DNA from: Pelobacter sp. UBA6093
GTDB taxonomy: Bacteria > Desulfobacterota > Desulfuromonadia > Desulfuromonadales > Syntrophotaleaceae
Direction: 5' to 3'
DNA: 64,000 nucleotides
NCBI GenBank assembly: GCA_002435955.1
Contig: DIWZ01000032.1
Span: 154,655-218,654, forward strand
Shown: positions 61,089 through 64,000 of the stretch, in pieces
Layout: every line of letters starts with the position of its first letter
Position numbering within the stretch: the first letter of the stretch is position 1
Position numbers and translations under genes: made by a program
Notes under the pieces: generated by a model
The model's database searches: none
Told to the model about the DNA's origin: nothing
Seen by the model: the letters and a program-made list of their open reading frames with translations, nothing else

Positions 61089-62194
61089 TGAGCCACATAC
61101 AGACCGACCTCCAGTCCACCGTTGTCGAGAAAATCCAAACGATCAAAACCGCCCCCCAGGGCCTGTGCCAGAGGACCGTCAGGACACAATACCGCCCCTT
61201 GCCAGCCGCGATAATCGGACCGATATATGTCCCCCAGCTGCCGGTAAAGCTTTATCAGGGCTCCATCATGTCCAAGCCGTCCGCCATACGGAGGGTTGCA
61301 CAGAACAAGACCGGGCTGTTCGGGGACATCTCCTGTGCCGAGTTCCGCGGTTTGGAACAAGGTTACAGCTTCGACCCCCGCCTTGGAGGCGTTGCAGCTG
61401 GCGGCTTCAAGCACAGCAGGATCCCGGTCACGGCCGATCAATGACATCTCGACAGGTTGTTCGGCGCTGCGTGCCTGGATTTGCAGCACCTGCCACAGTC
61501 CGGGGCGGTAACGGGGCCACTGCATAAAAGCGAATCGACGCTCTATCCCGGGAGCTCGCCGCATGCCCATAAGAGCCCCTTCAATAACAAAAGTACCCGA
61601 ACCACACATGGGATCGACAAGAGGAGCCCGGGCGTTCCAATTCAGCAGCATCAGAATCCCGGCCGCCAGCGATTCGCGCATGGGCGCAGCACCGATCTTC
61701 TGGCGATACCCGCGCCGGTGCAGTAACTCACCACTGCTGTCTACGGAAATCAGGCATTGGTCATCCTCGAAACGTACCAAGACCAACTGATCCGGTCCGC
61801 CATCAGAAGCGACCGCACCGCCAAGAACACGGCCGGCAGACTCCTGCACAGTTTCGGCAATACGACCGGTATGCTGCAACCGGGACCGATGACTGGTCGC
61901 CTTGACCTGGATCCGGGTTCCCGGCTTGATAAAGCGCCCCCAGGGCAGACGTAGCGCCTTGCGGTACAGATCCGGGAAATCCCTGCAGCCGAACGCCCCC
62001 AATCTGACAAGAACGCGGGTTGCGCTGCGCAACCACAAGTTGGCTCGGTACAGTTCCTCCAAACCGCCCTGAAAAGAAACCCCTCCCTTGCAGAGAACAA
62101 CCTCCGCCATACCCAAGGCTGTCAACTCCCGGGCGCATACCGATTCCAGGCCAGGGGCAGTTACTGCAAACAGCTCAAATTTGTATTTTTTCAT
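61082..62194 (-). CDS. THUMP-domain class I SAM-dependent RNA methyltransferase (RlmL N-terminal-half-like, UPF0020)
   Basis: N-terminal ferredoxin-like/THUMP region, then DPMCGSGT and LCNPPYG motifs. ATG at 62194 (MKKYKFELFA...). Confidence 0.85.
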   Translation of the reverse strand: MKKYKFELFAVTAPGLESVCARELTALGMAEVVLCKGGVSFQGGLEELYRANLWLRSATRVLVRLGAFGCRDFPDLYRKALRLPWGRFIKPGTRIQVKATSHRSRLQHTGRIAETVQESAGRVLGGAVASDGGPDQLVLVRFEDDQCLISVDSSGELLHRRGYRQKIGAAPMRESLAAGILMLLNWNARAPLVDPMCGSGTFVIEGALMGMRRAPGIERRFAFMQWPRYRPGLWQVLQIQARSAEQPVEMSLIGRDRDPAVLEAASCNASKAGVEAVTLFQTAELGTGDVPEQPGLVLCNPPYGGRLGHDGALIKLYRQLGDIYRSDYRGWQGAVLCPDGPLAQALGGGFDRLDFLDNGGLEVGLYVAHL

Positions 62195-62377
62195 CTCACG
62201 CTCCCGGCAAAGTCCATCCCCTTTTCTCCCAGTGACCCGTTCGGCCAAGGTTGCAGCCTCAGTCCTGTACCGCACTGTTTGTGTTGCGCCCTGAGGAGAA
62301 AAGAGTTCATGACAATTTCTGTTATTATTTTATTGCTTACAACCTTTTATCAACGGCCACGAGGAGGGCTATCCGGC

Positions 62378-63280
62378 ATGGAATTCAACTCCCTTGATAT
62401 CGACTGGGAATATCTGCTTGAGCGCATAGAACGGCTTCTCGATCTCGAGGAAGAATATCTGACACGAAAACTCATCGACTACCAGCCTGAACCGCAACTT
62501 TTCCAACAACACCTCGCCTTTTGGTGGAGAAAAAGCTGCCACACCGGATACCTTGAAGAGGTCACACTTCCGGATCTGCAGGATCATGCCAACCTTTTGA
62601 ACATGGACGATGTCATTGATCGTTTATGCGAAAACACCGCACAGTTCGTCCACGGTCTGCCCTGCAACAATATCCTGCTTCGCGGCGAACCCGGCAGCGG
62701 CAAACAGTCCGCCATTAAAGGCCTGTTGAAAAAGTTTGGCGACAAGGGATTACGGTTGATCGAAATCCACACTCGAGACCTCCACCAGCTACCGCTCATC
62801 ACCTCATGCCTGCGGGGTCTACCGTATTATTTCGTCCTGTTTTCCGGCGACCTTTTCCACTCCATGGAAGCGACAAACTGTCGGGAACTGGCAGACCTGC
62901 TTCAAGGTGGCATCGAAACCCGGGCCACCAATATTTTATTCTATGCCACAAGCAACCACACTTCCAACTCCCTTGCAGACCCCGATAACAGTGGCTCAAT
63001 TTCCTCAGACCATGCGAAACTTTTCCCGGATGAGCAATCGGCCGAGAGAGGTTTCGGCATCATCATCGACCTGCCCCCCACACAGCGCACGTCCTACCTC
63101 GACATCTGTCGACTCCTGGTACAACAACGCGCATTGCCCATAACCGACGAAGCCTGGCAGCCATCAGCTCTGGCCTGGGCCGAACAGCTCGGGCGCTACT
63201 CCGGACTTACGGCCCTTCAATTCATCGATGACCTGACCGGAAAAATGCTACTGAGACAAAAACTCACCAACAAACCTTGA
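62378..63280 (+). CDS. DUF815-type AAA/P-loop ATPase
   Basis: About 300 aa with P-loop LLRGEPGSGKQS and hhhhD (YYFVLFSGDL). ATG at 62378 has GGAGGG upstream. The family call is from memory. Confidence 0.7.
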   Translation: MEFNSLDIDWEYLLERIERLLDLEEEYLTRKLIDYQPEPQLFQQHLAFWWRKSCHTGYLEEVTLPDLQDHANLLNMDDVIDRLCENTAQFVHGLPCNNILLRGEPGSGKQSAIKGLLKKFGDKGLRLIEIHTRDLHQLPLITSCLRGLPYYFVLFSGDLFHSMEATNCRELADLLQGGIETRATNILFYATSNHTSNSLADPDNSGSISSDHAKLFPDEQSAERGFGIIIDLPPTQRTSYLDICRLLVQQRALPITDEAWQPSALAWAEQLGRYSGLTALQFIDDLTGKMLLRQKLTNKP

Positions 63281-63519
63281 TGGCGTCGCAAAAAGTCCGC
63301 CCTTGTATGTTAGTTCCAAAGCAAATCAGAGTAAGGATTTTGTGAATGCATCAACCTTCGTAAACGCATTCGAATTCATCCACCAGGCCCGACTACGGAA
63401 ATATCCGGTTCGCATAAAACCTTTATGTCACTTACCAACCCCGGTGGCATAAAAAATGCTGATTTGGCTAAGGTCTTGGCTGCTTCGATACAAACCTGTC
63501 TATCAATGGATTAAATGCC

Positions 63520-64000
63520 ATGTTCAATAAACATTTCAAACCCGGACAAAAAGTGCTCATTCATTTGACCAATCCTGACCATGGGGATGATCGCCTGGAA
63601 AACATTTCTGCCTCCTGTCAGTCGGTGGAGAACGGTATCCTGACGCTGAACCTGCCCTACGAAATAGATCCATCAGCTTTTTCTGCCGATTCCACCATGG
63701 CGATCGTCTCAGAGAGCCTGGGCCTGGGATTAAAGGCCCAGACCTATTTTCACCAGCAGCAAACCAGCACCTCCATCCAACTGCGGTTTGACGGCGACCT
63801 TCGCTTCTTTCAAAGACGCCCCACAGACCGCCTGAATCTTCCCATCGGGATCCGTTATAGCCGCATTGCCGGCAGCTTAGCCTTTGTTCGTCAACAATGG
63901 CAACAACATATCCACAAACTTGCCAACACCCCGCCGGATTTCATTCAAGCATTGCCCTGCGGGATGGTCAACCTCAGCAGCGGCGGAATTCGTCTTGGAT
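63520..64000 (+). CDS. PilZ-domain protein, 5' part (continues beyond window)
   Basis: My own translation from the ATG at ~63520 stays open to the window end. It contains both c-di-GMP-binding PilZ motifs, RRxxxR (QRRPTDR) and (D/N)xSxxG (NLSSGG). This ORF is not in the supplied track because no stop codon lies in the window. Confidence 0.75.
   Translation, partial: MFNKHFKPGQKVLIHLTNPDHGDDRLENISASCQSVENGILTLNLPYEIDPSAFSADSTMAIVSESLGLGLKAQTYFHQQQTSTSIQLRFDGDLRFFQRRPTDRLNLPIGIRYSRIAGSLAFVRQQWQQHIHKLANTPPDFIQALPCGMVNLSSGGIRLG

Overview
The window is a high-GC (roughly 58-60%) chromosomal segment. Its gene content and order look like a Desulfuromonadales or Geobacter-like deltaproteobacterium; this assignment is an inference from synteny, system II cytochrome c biogenesis genes and many c-di-GMP genes. 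Most of the window is housekeeping, largely on the minus strand. It holds the dcw cluster (mraZ-rsmH-ftsL-ftsI-murE-murF-mraY-murD') and ligA-acyP. It also holds rsmI-nadE-yraN-rnhB and the ffh/rpsP-KH-rimM-trmD-rplS block. Next come ccsA/resB, purE-purD-purH and alr, then a TPP-riboswitch-controlled thiED-thiC operon and gntR-trpB-trpA. An RND efflux pair, fba, a long-form gap and rpsU complete the core set. Signalling genes are dense: two divergent PAS-GGDEF-EAL proteins, a GAF-GGDEF, a membrane GGDEF and a partial PilZ. About 49.9-57.5 kb is a compositional mosaic with two low-GC islets. I recognised no rRNA, tRNA, CRISPR array, transposase or integrase. The most unusual feature not explained by genes is a family of about 8 palindromic MITE/REP-like elements with termini TA|GGAGGCTGTCGGAC...GTCCGACAGCCTCC|TA. 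Two inverted copies bracket a small ferredoxin cassette. One copy sits between the thi promoter and its riboswitch. Three copies abut gene stop codons. Other items worth a second look:
- a hairpin whose arms are 3 x 9-bp tandem repeats;
- a Zn-ribbon/TM/S1 protease with a coiled-coil insertion;
- an 8-nt-overlapping pair of small ORFs;
- a structured leader of about 310 nt.
I found no clearly novel multi-gene system, and all functional ideas below are hypotheses.
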